Shown here: positions 35,668 to 47,522 of the stretch, piece after piece
Layout: each line of letters starts with the position of its first letter
How positions within the stretch are numbered: position 1 is the stretch's first letter
Source of the DNA: Styela clava
Lineage: Eukaryota
Length of the DNA: 64,000 bases
Reading direction: 5' to 3'
NCBI RefSeq assembly: GCF_964204865.1
Contig: NC_135255.1
Coordinates: 21,638,001 to 21,702,000 of the forward strand
Program-made: the position numbers and the translations under genes
Notes under the pieces: generated by a model
What the model was told of the DNA's origin: nothing
The model's database searches: none
Seen by the model: only the letters and a program-made list of their open reading frames with translations

Positions 35668-38600
35668 ATGGTTTGCGATAAATGTAAGTATTTTATTATT
35701 GTTTTCAATGGCGAGATTGTCTCATCTGGTGAAAGTAATAAGACTGTTTTGCCAACGCAGTGTTGGTATAGCAAATTGCACATCAAGCCCGTGCTTCTGA
35801 AAACAGATACCATACCCGACACAGACTGGTAAACGAACGAGAGGTCGGGGTTCGCCATATGATCAAGTCGTCTTATCAGCTTTTCTCTCTGCTGATATGA
35901 ATATCTAAATCCTATCCTATGCTAAAAAAATAAGTGACACTACATGGAGAACAAAATTCCTCTCCAAGAACTGCAAAATTTTTTCTTAGAGAAAAATTTC
36001 TTATCGAACAGGGAACGTCAACATAAATAGCTTCTTCTTCTTGCAACTAATCTGAAACAATCTTGAGAAAGGATTACCATTCTTCTCAGATTCCTTTGAA
36101 ATTAACCGTCGTGGTTAAACTTGGTATATTCTATTCACAGGTCAGAAAAAACTGGGAACAGTGGCGACACCTGATCCATGGAAAACTGGAGCCAAGAATA
36201 CAAACGGTAGGAATGTTTTTATAAGACGTCTTTTGACCTGAACATGGTCTAATACAAGCAGCCATTACTGTGTAAAGGCTACTATTTATTTGGAAGGACC
36301 AGGATATTTCCGCTTTGTCATTACCTACCCAATTTATCAGACACTGGGTGTGGGGCGTGGGCGAGGGAACCAGAGATGTTCGACCTGCAGTGTCGATGCA
36401 GTTAATCTGTCGTTTTGTTCGTTAAACCATCGCATCACCCAGGATTGCTATAGCGTAGCAAATTTTAGGGGTTTAGCATAGGAATTTAGATGACAAGTGG
36501 CAACCTTTGCTAACCGGTAAAAAATTTTGTTGTTTAGGGGGTACATAAATACTTTGTATTTGGTGTAGCTTAACTTATTACTTATCGATCTTAAGATCGG
36601 TAAGTATGTTGATAGGTATTTGTCTGTTTGTTTTGTTTGTCTGTTAGATACACGCGATATCTCACGAAAGCAAGGATGAATCCGCTCCAAATTTTGCATA
36701 TGCATTCATATCTCGGATCAAAGCCTATTGATTTTGGATGAATTATGTCGTATATTTAGCGAGTTATTAATTAATTAGTGATGAGACACAAGGTGTCACT
36801 GTGGAGTAAGAGCGCTGTTTTGGGGGATCCTCTAACTTTCGATCGATGAGTCTTCGGTCTCTGACCGATATTCTCGTGTTGTTTACTTATTTAGTATTGT
36901 TGTGAATTGCAATACAGATGCAAAATAGGCCATGGAAGAAATATAATAAGAAACCTTGGGAACCACTGGTCTACATAGTATGAATATACGGTGCACTCGA
37001 CATATGTCTACCAAGATGGCGCACAACCTGAAATTAGTATATGTACCAGGTTAAGGTTCAGGTTGTGCGTCATCTTGGTTTGCATACTTCCAGAGCGCCC
37101 AACGTACAGTTTATGGAGGATGTTGTTTTTTCTACAGAGATGGGCAAATAAAGTATTTTCAGGCTCGACGGTGTGGCTCAACGGGCTAAGCGTTAGGAAT
37201 ACGCTCGCCACTGCACCTCTAATTACTCTACGTGGGTTCGCAGGTTCGAATCTCATGCAGGGATGGTTATGTGCGAGCGGATTGCTGGACTCCTCGCTGT
37301 CGTTGGGTGGTTCACGTAACCGCTGGTCGGTCGGTTACGACTTCCTCCACCACCAAGTCCATGCCTCCGAAAACAAACAATATAACTAATCACATACCTG
37401 ACTTGGAATGGTAACCGGACGAGAGGCCGTGGTTTGCCATATGGATAAGCCGTCTTATCGGCTTTCCTCTCCCCCGGGATAAATATGTAAATCCTATCCT
37501 ATTTCACAGAGGGGGGACGTAAGATCAATGAAAACAAAGCTTTGACTGGGACGAAGAATCGATACAATCCGTACAGCAGCGGAAAGTTTAAAAAATGTCG
37601 GATATGCAAATTACAAGTTCATCAAGTTGGCTCTAATTTTTGTCAAGGTAAGGTAATTCCCATTCCCCTCTTCCAACTTATGGTAAGGGGCAACCCTCTT
37701 GAACCACTTAGGATAGTCATCTTCCCTCTTGCTACAACATATTTGCATTATATGCATACGGATCCGCCAGCACAAAAGCATAAAAGAAGGATAAGTAGCC
37801 GGTCTGGCAGAACCGGTAAAATCGATAGTAGCCTACATATTTTCAATGAATTGAAATTTGAAAATGCAGGCATATAAACAATTTTATCTAACTGAAGAGT
37901 CCAGCTGCACACTAACACAAATGTATTTCTGTAACAACAATCAATTGTTGTAAACTGCTTGTCTGAGGATGTCTGAGTTTGGTCGGACGAAGGTTACAGA
38001 AATACATTTGTGTAAGTGTGCAGCAAGACGCATTAATTGGATAGAATAGTCATGTTTATTCCAGCTATAGCATCCTTGAAATATACGCATACGGATCCAC
38101 TAGCATAAAGGCATAGAAGAAAGATAGGAAGTTAGTCTCGCGCAACCCAATGCAAATATAAACAATGATTTGATTGATTTTTGCAATTTCCATTCAAATA
38201 GATGCCTTCTAGGTTATGCTGTGAAACTTCATTTATAAACCTTAAATTTATTCGAATATTCGATTTTCTTTGGACATCCCTGACTTGAGTCTTTTATAAT
38301 ATTCTTGGAGGTCAAACTTCAAACATTCTTCTCCAACACCTATTATTAATAGTAGATTCTAGGATATACCATATATTGTTTTGTTCCTCACAGCTGTATT
38401 AAATGAAGTAAAAATACTTGAACAATTACTGATTAAAACACAACAAACCTGGTGAAGATATATTGAGAACTGACTTCATCACAAAATTGGAATTATAAAA
38501 GTGTTTTATGGACACCCTATATCGACGCATGAAATCCAAATTGGGCTAAGTCCATTTTTCTAGTTTTGAGAAAAACGCAAAAAACGTTTTTTTTTTGTTT

Positions 38601-41600
38601 CTTTTTTATATTTCTCTAATACCTTACATCAAGGATGTCTAGTTTTTATGGTCCACCAAAGTTACAATGAAGGCCATATTTTAATGGTATAAAAAAATTT
38701 GTGCTCCCCCCCAAATTTTTTTTTTTGGGAGTTTTTTGGACTTAACCCTTTTTGGCTCTCAGTTTTCTGGACTAGAAACAATTTTATTGGACTTAGGGCC
38801 CCTTTATTATGTTATTGTAGAGGCAACTTATCATTGAAGAACGTCAATAATTCCCTTTTACAACGTTTTTGACATTTTTTGTGAGCTTATTTTTACGATG
38901 AAAAATATTCCTGCTTCTGAATCTTGATGACAATGGTTATCTAGCCTCCAATTTTTATCAGACTGCTGTTGCTACTGATTACTGCATTTGTTTACCTTCT
39001 CAGAACCATTACCTACTAAATTACTAAACAAATATAGGAAAGAAATTGTTGTAAATCATCAATCAGGGATGGTTAAAGAAAACAGAAAAAAATGCCCAGC
39101 ATGAAAACAGTTTTAAATGAGCTTAATTTTACAAAAGTTCCAATGAATGTTTTTTTTTAAGATAGTCTCTCTGTTCATGAGATCTAAGTTTCATCAACTA
39201 CTGGAAGCATTTCGTAGAATGCCTTGTGGTTTGGAGGGATTAAATTCTTATTACATAATGTTGTCAAACTCTTGTATTTCTCACTGCTGACTGGCAGCCT
39301 TTCCTGGTAAAGCTGGGGTAGCTTTTCTATATTCTGTATTTTTTGTGTTGCTGATCTTGCTGACTTTCGAACCAAAGAGTTAAGGTCAACTTTCTGGAGC
39401 TCCTCATCCAAGTAACTGTACTTAAATTGCAATATACTAGGTTCAGTTTTTTTCAATTTTGCCTGTAAAATTTTGGACCAATAGAGCCTTTCACCTGTCT
39501 GAGAGCCAGTTTGAATTGTAATATTGTTCTTCCAAATTCCAGCGTATTTAGGGAAGTCAGATGCTGATTTGAAATTAACGAAATCACCATGCTTCAGCAG
39601 AGTTATTTCGGGTTTTGTTTTTTTAAACGCCATTGAAATGGCAGTTTCCCATTGGTCGGTCGTATAAATGTTCACTTTTCGTACAGCTCTTTCAATCACC
39701 GAATGTGCTGTGTCATTCTCATTTTGAGAATGACCTGTAATTAGAAAATTGAGTCCTATTTCATTAAAATGCAGCTCCTCCATAGCATAGAGTAACATCA
39801 CAATCATAGCTCTGTTATTATTCTGCCCACTGCAGCGGTCACAGAACAGTTGCACAGTTTTCACTGTTGTGGTGAGAGAGGACAGGTATCGGAACACTGC
39901 AGTCGCTATTTCACAAGAGCCTTTTCGCCCTTCCACCTCATTCCAAAGATAGCAACTGGTTTGCATGGACTGAATGTCAGTAACTGTAAAGTTGAAATTT
40001 TTTAGCCTCTGTGTGTAGTAAAAGGAGGACACTTGTCCATGTGGACAAAGAAGAGTTTTCTGAAGGTCAAAAGCTGCCACATGAAGTGAAGCATCTGTTG
40101 TGGATTTTTCTTTCATTTCCCTCTTCATTGAACGCACCATGTCCTTTTCTTGAATATGCTTATTTTGATTTGCAGATCTTCTTCAGTCAATAGAGATTTT
40201 GGCATATTTTGAAAGCTGGTGCATTGATCACACACATCCTTTTTAGGTCGATGAAACTTAAGATTGAATTTTTCATTGAATGTGCGTAAATAAAAATCAT
40301 ATGATTCAACTGGTGAGCTATTTTCTTCGCACCAAATCTTATACATTCTATACATTTCCCGAACAGTCAGATACTCAGGAAGATATTCCCATTGACTGTC
40401 TTTTCTCACATAGTGTGATTCAACGACTGGAAACAATTTTATATGAGTAATAATTGGCTCCTCTCTTTCTCTGGTGACCTTGTTGTGGTCACCATCTCTT
40501 CCTCTCATATCTTTCTCCAGTGAACCAGCAGATGTTAATTTTCTCAGTGATGTCTCCACCCTTTTCTTGCTTATATTTAGGGTATCTAAAAAAAACTTCT
40601 GACACACTTGCACCAACTCATTGCTTTCTGGATTTGAAAAAGTGTAGACTCTGTTGACTTCTCGATTACGTTTTTGATCAGTCTTATTATCTTTTCTTAG
40701 TCTACTTCTCATTTTTTGTATTTCCTTGACGTATTTTGTTATAAACATTCGTTGCTTGTCCATGTCGCCTAGATTCCAGAATTGAATATTGATCATCATG
40801 CGAACTTCCTCTGATATTTTAGCCGTACATTTTTTTTTACATGAGCAAGACGGTTTGATTTTACCAATTTTTTTGGAAGAATCATTATCAGAGCCAAATC
40901 CTCTTTTTCCATGGTTTAAATCCGTTCGTCTTTTGTTTTTTTTCCAAGTTTCAGGCTTTCTTTTCCTTTTCCTAGCCTCCAGCACATCCGGACTTTTACC
41001 CTCTGTTGGACAATCTATTGACATGGTAGTAGACAATTTCACAATTTGATTCATATTCCACAGGAGTGACGATCCAGGGGAATGATAGTCCTCATCAAAG
41101 TTTTCCCATACTTGACAATCTTTGAGAATTTTTGTTATGAAAAAGCAGCCCTCATCTTCTTCCATTTCTCTTGCACAGGCTGATTCAATAGCATGATATT
41201 GTGCCCTGAAAATTTTCTTTCCTGAATAAAGCAGGTACACTTCCTCCTCGTTATGCAATCCAGGCTTATTACTACTGGGCTGCATAACACATGCTGTTTG
41301 TGGAGTTGAAATTGATGTCAAATCCACGATTTGCTGATCTGTGTCTGAATCACTGTCAGAGAAGTATATTCTCCACTGCAGTGTTAACTCTAAGCAAATT
41401 ATGAGTGCGAAAGTGCTTCGCAGTCGAAAAAAAAAGTGCGAAAGTGCTTTTGTCGATTTTCACAAGTTATGTGCCCTAGCCTTTCATATAACCCATTTAA
41501 AACAGCATAGATACTCGAAAAAGCGCTCCTCCGGTTAATATTATGAATTAAAGAGAAGCCTTTTCGTTAACCGAGTTCCCTTTAAGCGAATTCATGTTTA

Positions 41601-44600
41601 ATTAAAACAAGGGAATTCATCGGCAACGAAATAACATCTGCTAACACCTGCCGCGGACAAAACTTTCATGCAATGTATGATGTCAGTTGCTTACTAGCCT
41701 AAACAGCAAAGACTTTCACATTTGTTACTCCTTCCATCTAACAGACACGAGGCAGGCTGGAAACCATATTAGTTACAGGGTGGATCGTTTGTACAAATCC
41801 CGTGCAAAATAATCCCCCAAATATAAATAGCCTAATTAGGGTTAGGTGCGTTGGAAATTCAACTTTTCGATTTATCCCTAAACCTAATCTGATAATTATT
41901 AATTTGTGATTTTGAACCACTTTGAAAGTCGCCACCCGCTGTTTTAAAAGATAGGTTAACCTACGTTCCCTCCGAAATATTACGCAGGATACTCCCCTGT
42001 TTTAGGAGATAGGTTGACCTACTTTCCTTTCAAACTTTTTTCTCCGAAATATTACACAAGATCACTTTGAAAATCCTCCCTTTCGTGAGCTAGCGTGACC
42101 TAATTCCTCATTTACATTTATATTATACTATTTCAGAGCTTACCCAAAGACAAGTAGTTTTTAAATGTCGACATGCCTTGGTTTGCGTGCGAGTTAGTTT
42201 AAATCGGGCAGTAAACATCATATATTGACAAAATGTTCAGTAATTTCATGTACTTTCAGCATTCATAAATAGCACTCTTTGTAATGCTGCTGACCTAGTA
42301 TCAAATATTCGCATCACAACGCCACTTGCGAGGTTTCCATATATTTCAATTACACTAATAGGAACGATGACACCAAAGAGTTTTCTTTTGCGAAGGTACA
42401 CTAAATATAAGGACGGTGATTCTTGAGAAAAACATGAATAAAAAAAATAAACGAATGATATGATAGTGGATCCCAAATAATTTTGACAGTGTCTCGAAAT
42501 ACCAATACATTTGATAAATAATTTTTATTCGACCACATGAACGCTGATATTCTGAAAATTAATGTTGAAAGAGAATTACGCATTCTCAGATATCGGACAT
42601 CCAGTCGCGATATTCAATCGTTCATATGCACAAATCTCACATTAATAGTAATTGCTACCCAAGTTTGTAAAATTTAGAAACCAACAAACAGAAAATAACT
42701 TATCCTGAAACACAATTAAAATTCAGTCGGCAATAAAATCATCGCCAAGACGATGCCATACAAAACAAAAGAGATTTGGTCGCGAGAGTTAAGTGAGATG
42801 CTGCGGTTGTTTTTTAAGCAGAATGAAAAATAATTTATAATTAATAAACGGGAGTTACGACGCCCTTTACACATCGTGTGTATTAAACTTCCCTGGTAAG
42901 TACTTTGGTAAGTACTAATATTATTGTACTTATACACCTGTTGGGAGTATTTCGGACAATTTCGAATTTAAAATAAATGAAAACCCGACATATAATAAAG
43001 ACGCAAAAGTAAAATGAACATTTATTGAAAAAGTTATTATTTAAGAAAGACAACATGATCGTACAATTCCGCCAAAACCTCGATGTTCGCAAGTGAGATG
43101 ATAAATAAATACTTCCCTGTATTCGATCAATTAACTTTAGCGTATCGTTGTTCTGCCAACAAACAGCCGGGTGCAAAATATTTCAGTCCTGTGATATGCT
43201 CACAAATGTTCTCGATATTAATATCATACCCTCGCGTATGTACTTTCTATTAGCTCTTTAGTGATCCCTTCCATCCTTGGCCAAGTCATGTTTCGAATAT
43301 GTGAACATTTTATTCGACCATACATGGCCGGCGGGATGTTAAAATTGTAAACAAGAGAGAGAGGTAAAATCAATCGCGAATTTCGTTATAACGGCTCGTT
43401 TACGAATTGTTGCGCCTGTTATCGTCGAAAATGATTACATTTGTTGTATTTTGAGGCATTTAAGCAGAAATAATTAGGGCATGACATCATCAAAATCGTC
43501 AAGTGAGATCTTGAAATTGCAAATTCCGTAAATAAAATTGTGAATTATTCGGTAACGAATTCAGCTTTAATGACCGTCGGGGTATTGTTTTGTTGAAAAT
43601 TATTATTAATGTGAGAGCGCCAAAAACATACAGTCCATACCGATGCGACTGCAATTTATATGGTCGCAATTGGTGTGGTGCGTTTATTAATAGTGTAAAA
43701 AAAAAATTTAACGAATATCAATTATAACCAAGCCTGTCAGCGTGTTTATTTTCTGTGGGCAGGGATCGTAAAATACCATCTTGAGACAAATTCACTTCTA
43801 TCATAAAATCTTAATTTTCAGTTACTATCGTTATACAAATAACGTGTGGCAACTTTTAAATTTATCGTCGACCAAAAAACCGCCCCCACACTCGTCCAAA
43901 CGTGTGTCGAGCTTGAACGACAGGAACAGATTCATCGACGACCTTAATTAGAGAAAATATGTATTTTATTGGAAATGCAAAATAAATGTAACAAAACGCA
44001 TTTTTTGTGATATAACTTTGTATTTTCGGAAACGGGTTGCCGTGAAAGGTAAAATTTGATCTAAATTAATCGCAAAAATGTTTTATTTTAAATGTAACAA
44101 AACACATTTTGCGATATAACCTTGTATTTTCGAAAACGGGTGTCCTGAAAAGTAAAATATGATCTAAATTAATCACAAAAATGTTTTATTTTAAATGTAA
44201 CAAAACACATTTTCGCGATATAACCTTGTATTTTCGGAAACGGGTGTCGTGAAAAGTAAAATATGATCTAAATTAATCGCAAAAATGTTTTATTTTAAAT
44301 GTAACAAAACACATTTTTCGAGATACAACTGTATTTTCGGATACCGGGTGTCATGAAGAGTAAAATATGATCTGAATTAACGGTAAATAATGTTTCATTC
44401 CAAATGTATCATAACGCTTTTTTGCGATATAACTTTGTATTTTCGAAAACGGGGCGTCACGAAAATTAATAATCTAATGTTTTATCTATCGTCTAACTAA
44501 CGTCTGGAACACATCATTTTCGGGGAGAACTCTAGCCCGCGAAACGCCATTTAATTTAAAATAAAGAATGTTTCACGCATTTCAAAACGGAAAATCACCA

Positions 44601-47522
44601 GTAAGTGGACAGGGATTCAACCCTCCCGATTCAGTATTCTATATCCCCATGTCAGAACTTTCTGAAGAATAAGACAAAGAACCCGTCAAACCGCCGCGGA
44701 AGAATGGGAGTATTTTTTGCACTAATAATTAGGGCGTGACAATATCAAAATCGTCAAGAAACTGGTGAATTTGCAAATTCCATAAATAAAATTGTGAATT
44801 GCTCGGTAACTTTTCAGCTATAATTATCGCCTGGGTATTGTTTTGTTGAAAACACGTTGAAACTTGAGGGAATTAGTTACAATTAGCGCCTGACCTCTAT
44901 TAGGCACTCGAGCACTCGAGCCCAATCTTTTTAGCATCAAGTCGCATACGTAAAATATCCTGTGAAAGAAGTGCTGTTCATTAACGCCATCTCGTCTTAT
45001 GACCACGCAGAAATGCCTTTATTGCCGAATTATTCAATCACTATTTTAAATCAACATTCAGGATTGGCACAATTTCAGGTTTGCGAAGTTTATCACCATA
45101 GAAATACATGACAAAGTTAATTATCGTCTTAATAAATATCTGCATCACGGTATGGACAATAATATTACCATTCCCATAAAATTGGGACGGTAAATTTACA
45201 AATCTTGATAGGTAATATTAAAGCCAACGCAAATGTTAATTTGAGTCCTCAATGTCTTCAACAGCTGTTGCCGATGTGAACGAACGGGTAAACCCGAAAT
45301 ATAAAACTTTGATGACCGCCGACCCACAAGAATTCATATTTGTAAAAAAGAGAGGGCGGGAATATAGATTACCCAAAACCTGGATATCGCCGCCAAAACG
45401 ATCGGTGACAAGAACAATTAGCCATTACAAAGGAATTAACCAGTAAAAAGGCTTTATTGCCGATTTTTTAATGTTTCCACCACGTTTATTTGGTACTCCT
45501 TAAAAATATTCGATTCAAAAAAATATTGAATTTTGCCCACCTGTCCTCGCATATCAATGAGAAATAGTTGTGTAAATATCGAAAAATTCCGGAAAATGCC
45601 ACCATTGCCACGTCCTTTCAACATTGTGATTACAATAAAATGGCACTTAATGGTATTTTGTGAATTTGGTGATTTTGCAAATCTGTGACATGCTGCTAAA
45701 AGTTTCGTCTGATTTGAAAATCGTGCAGTTTGGTCACAATTCATCCAAAGTGACTATAACACGTTACTAACACTTTTATAGTCATTTTGAATTCATCGAT
45801 ATCATTGATAGTCACATGACTTTCAAAGAAACGCACTGCCTAGTATTCCAACATCTGGTTTCAAGCACCCGGGAGCGTTTTTTGCGGGAGAAGCGGAATC
45901 GGTGTGCTTGTATAATAATCATATTATAAACAAGAATTTTGCCGTTAATGCAAAAGCTTTATCTCCTTTGTCTGCATCTCATAGGTTAGAATTCCGATAA
46001 ATATCGTTATGATATGCAGAATTGAGTTACAAAAGTACTAGTATGTTACTTATTTGTCAACTTAATACTCGAAAATATTTGTTAACTTTGAATTTTTATT
46101 CCATTCAAAATCGGAAAAAAGTGCTTTTTCTCTTCAAAATCGGAAAAAAGTGCTATTTCGCAGTCCCTAAAAAAAGTTGCGAAAGTGTTTCGCAATTTTC
46201 GCAAAAAAGTGCGCTAATAGTGAACACTGTTCTCCAGTGGTGTTTATTTTTCTCTGGGATATATTCTGGATCATTGTCATCATCCACTGATATATCGGAC
46301 TCTGAAAGAATATCACTTTCCTCAATCTGCTCTGAATTTTCTGCTTCGATAACGCAATCTAGCTCTTTTTCTGACAGAGAATATTTGACAAAGTCCCTAT
46401 TAATTGAAGTGATTGTGTTGTCTAGGAAGAATCTCACTCTGTAAGTGTTGCTGTAAATGCTCAATATTTCACCTCTTAGAATGGAGTTTTCTTTGTGCTG
46501 CAATGTTTTGCTGTAACCAGGACTTGCTTCATCAAAATACGTTGCATACACAAACACTTCACAGCCTAGCTCTGGGTTTTTCTCACATGCAGTCCAACTT
46601 CTAGTACCGCCATCATTTTGTTCAAGAGTCATAATTATTCTGTATTATAATATAGCTGATAACTAAGAGCTAGGCTATGTCTCATCCTGAAAAACATTAT
46701 GAAAAGAGCTTGACAAAAATTATGGTTGAAAGCTATTTACAAATTCAGGTAAGGTGTCAACTTGACACTGTCAAGGGAAATGATTTTCTATAGATTTGGA
46801 CTGAGACAATAATCATATTCTGGCTAGATTTCTTATCAGATGCGATATCTTAACTGAATAAAGTCCTCTGGCTGGTTCACACTGGCCTTGCTTGAAAAAT
46901 ACATTTCCTACTTGAAATTTCCATAATTCTGTAAATATTAATTATTTAAAAACAGCCGTTTGAAAGTGGTTATGGCAATGAATTACAACTCGCTCATTCC
47001 CTCTACTGTAAACATAAGAAACAGCTAACACTGAGCTATGACTGAGAGCTGGTATGGACTTCGCGCTTTGTATTATTTTTATTTCAGATTTTTGGACGGA
47101 GCTATGTCCAAAAAACGGACTTAGCCCCGACTTACAATGCAGTTATCCAGAGCTAAGTCCACTAAGTAGACACAGCTCTGTTTAGTTCTCAAATGCCCTA
47201 AAAAAAGCAGGGTTATGTCCATAGCTATCTTGAGATCTAGAGCACCTAGAGATAAGGTAAATAGACCAAAATGTAGAGCTAAGTCCAGAAAAATCAGCAG
47301 TTGAAAAATGTCATTTTGGGGAAAAGTGGACTTAGCACTGTTTGGTTTTGAGGCGTCGATATATTTCATTCAGGAAAGTCAAAATAAACAAAAATTCAAC
47401 AGAAAATTTTTGATTATACGGTAAAATTTTAATTTTCAGGTTGCGCTTATAAGAAAGGAATTTGTGCAATGTGTGGAAAGAAGATTCTCGACACGAAAAA
47501 TTATCGACAGTCTTCAACGTAA
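35668..47522 (+). CDS. CRIPT: Cysteine-rich PDZ-binding protein, 4 coding exons
   Basis: Exons 35668-35683, 36141-36206, 37510-37647 and 47440-47522 join in phase to MVCDKCQKKLGTVATPDPWKTGAKNTNEGGRKINENKAL...CRICKLQVHQVGSNFCQGCAYKKGICAMCGKKILDTKNYRQSST. Intron 3 is 9.8 kb because of a transposon. The ORF track misses this gene as a unit. Confidence 0.95.
36575..36877. mobile_element. Helentron/DINE-like interspersed repeat; partial copy at ~60029-60140
   Basis: ttattacttatcgatcttaagatcgg start, (TGTY)n microsatellite and a 3' hairpin tcggtctctgaccga. Family class inferred from architecture. Confidence 0.55.
37162..37500 (+). mobile_element. tRNA-derived SINE, full length
   Basis: A-box-like GGTGTGGCTCAACGG, B-box GGTTCGAATC and an (ATCCT)n tail. 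Partial copies at ~5457-5690(-), 7075-7210(+), 15480-15580(-), 20920-21050(+), 28915-29093(-), 30545-30650(-), 35760-35920(+) and 49150-49260(-). Confidence 0.85.
37880..38050. repeat. Inverted repeat enclosing a degenerate hammerhead-like core (Penelope-like remnant)
   Basis: 37904-37935 and 37993-38024 are 31/32 complementary. Between them lies CTGAGGA-T-GTCTGA gtttgg TCGGAC-GAAG. Confidence 0.5.
41379..46229. mobile_element. Nested non-autonomous TIR element (4.85 kb) interrupting the Sola transposase
   Basis: Termini CAGTGTTAACT / AGTGAACACTG. Flanking 10-bp duplication TTCTCCACTG (41369-41378) / TTCTCCAGTG (46230-46239). AAAGTGC subterminal repeats. No long ORF. Removal restores the host reading frame. 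Confidence 0.8.
43984..44470. repeat. ~104-bp tandem repeat, about 4.6 copies
   Basis: AAATGTAACAAAAC...TGTATTTTCGGAAACGGGTGTC...ATGATCTAAATTAA unit starts at ~43984, 44090, 44193, 44297 and 44402. Confidence 0.9.

Larger units (their letters stand above)
39184..46632 (-). pseudogene. Disrupted Sola transposase (~860 aa reconstructed)
   Basis: Segments 46632-46230 and 41368-40125 join in frame once the nested insert and one TSD copy are removed. A 1-nt frameshift near 40170-40180 then leads into 40140-39184. Motifs FDLQK, FYY..RL, W.E..G.KG..EI, FCDRCSGQNNN, FLITGHSQNEND. Confidence 0.85.
38523..47358 (-). mobile_element. Sola1-type DNA transposon, 8.8 kb, in CRIPT intron 3
   Basis: Imperfect ~35-40 bp TIRs (CGACGCATGAAATCCAAATTGGGCTAAGTCCA / CGACGCCTCAAAACCAAACAGTGCTAAGTCCA). 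4-bp TSD ATAT at 38519-38522 and 47359-47362, matching the AWWT preference of Sola1. GCTAAGTCC motifs recur at both ends. Carries a Sola-type transposase. Confidence 0.85.

Noticed and set aside
37162-37260. tRNA gene
   Set aside because: A and B boxes are present but there is no cloverleaf. The sequence continues into a SINE body and tail with many local copies.
40125-40200. Programmed -1 frameshift in the transposase
   Set aside because: No convincing slippery heptamer plus downstream structure, and the element is already disrupted by an insertion. A 1-nt deletion or sequencing error is simpler.
43984-44470. Possible CRISPR-like array
   Set aside because: Whole units repeat with no unique spacers, and the context is a eukaryotic TE. 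It is a plain tandem repeat.
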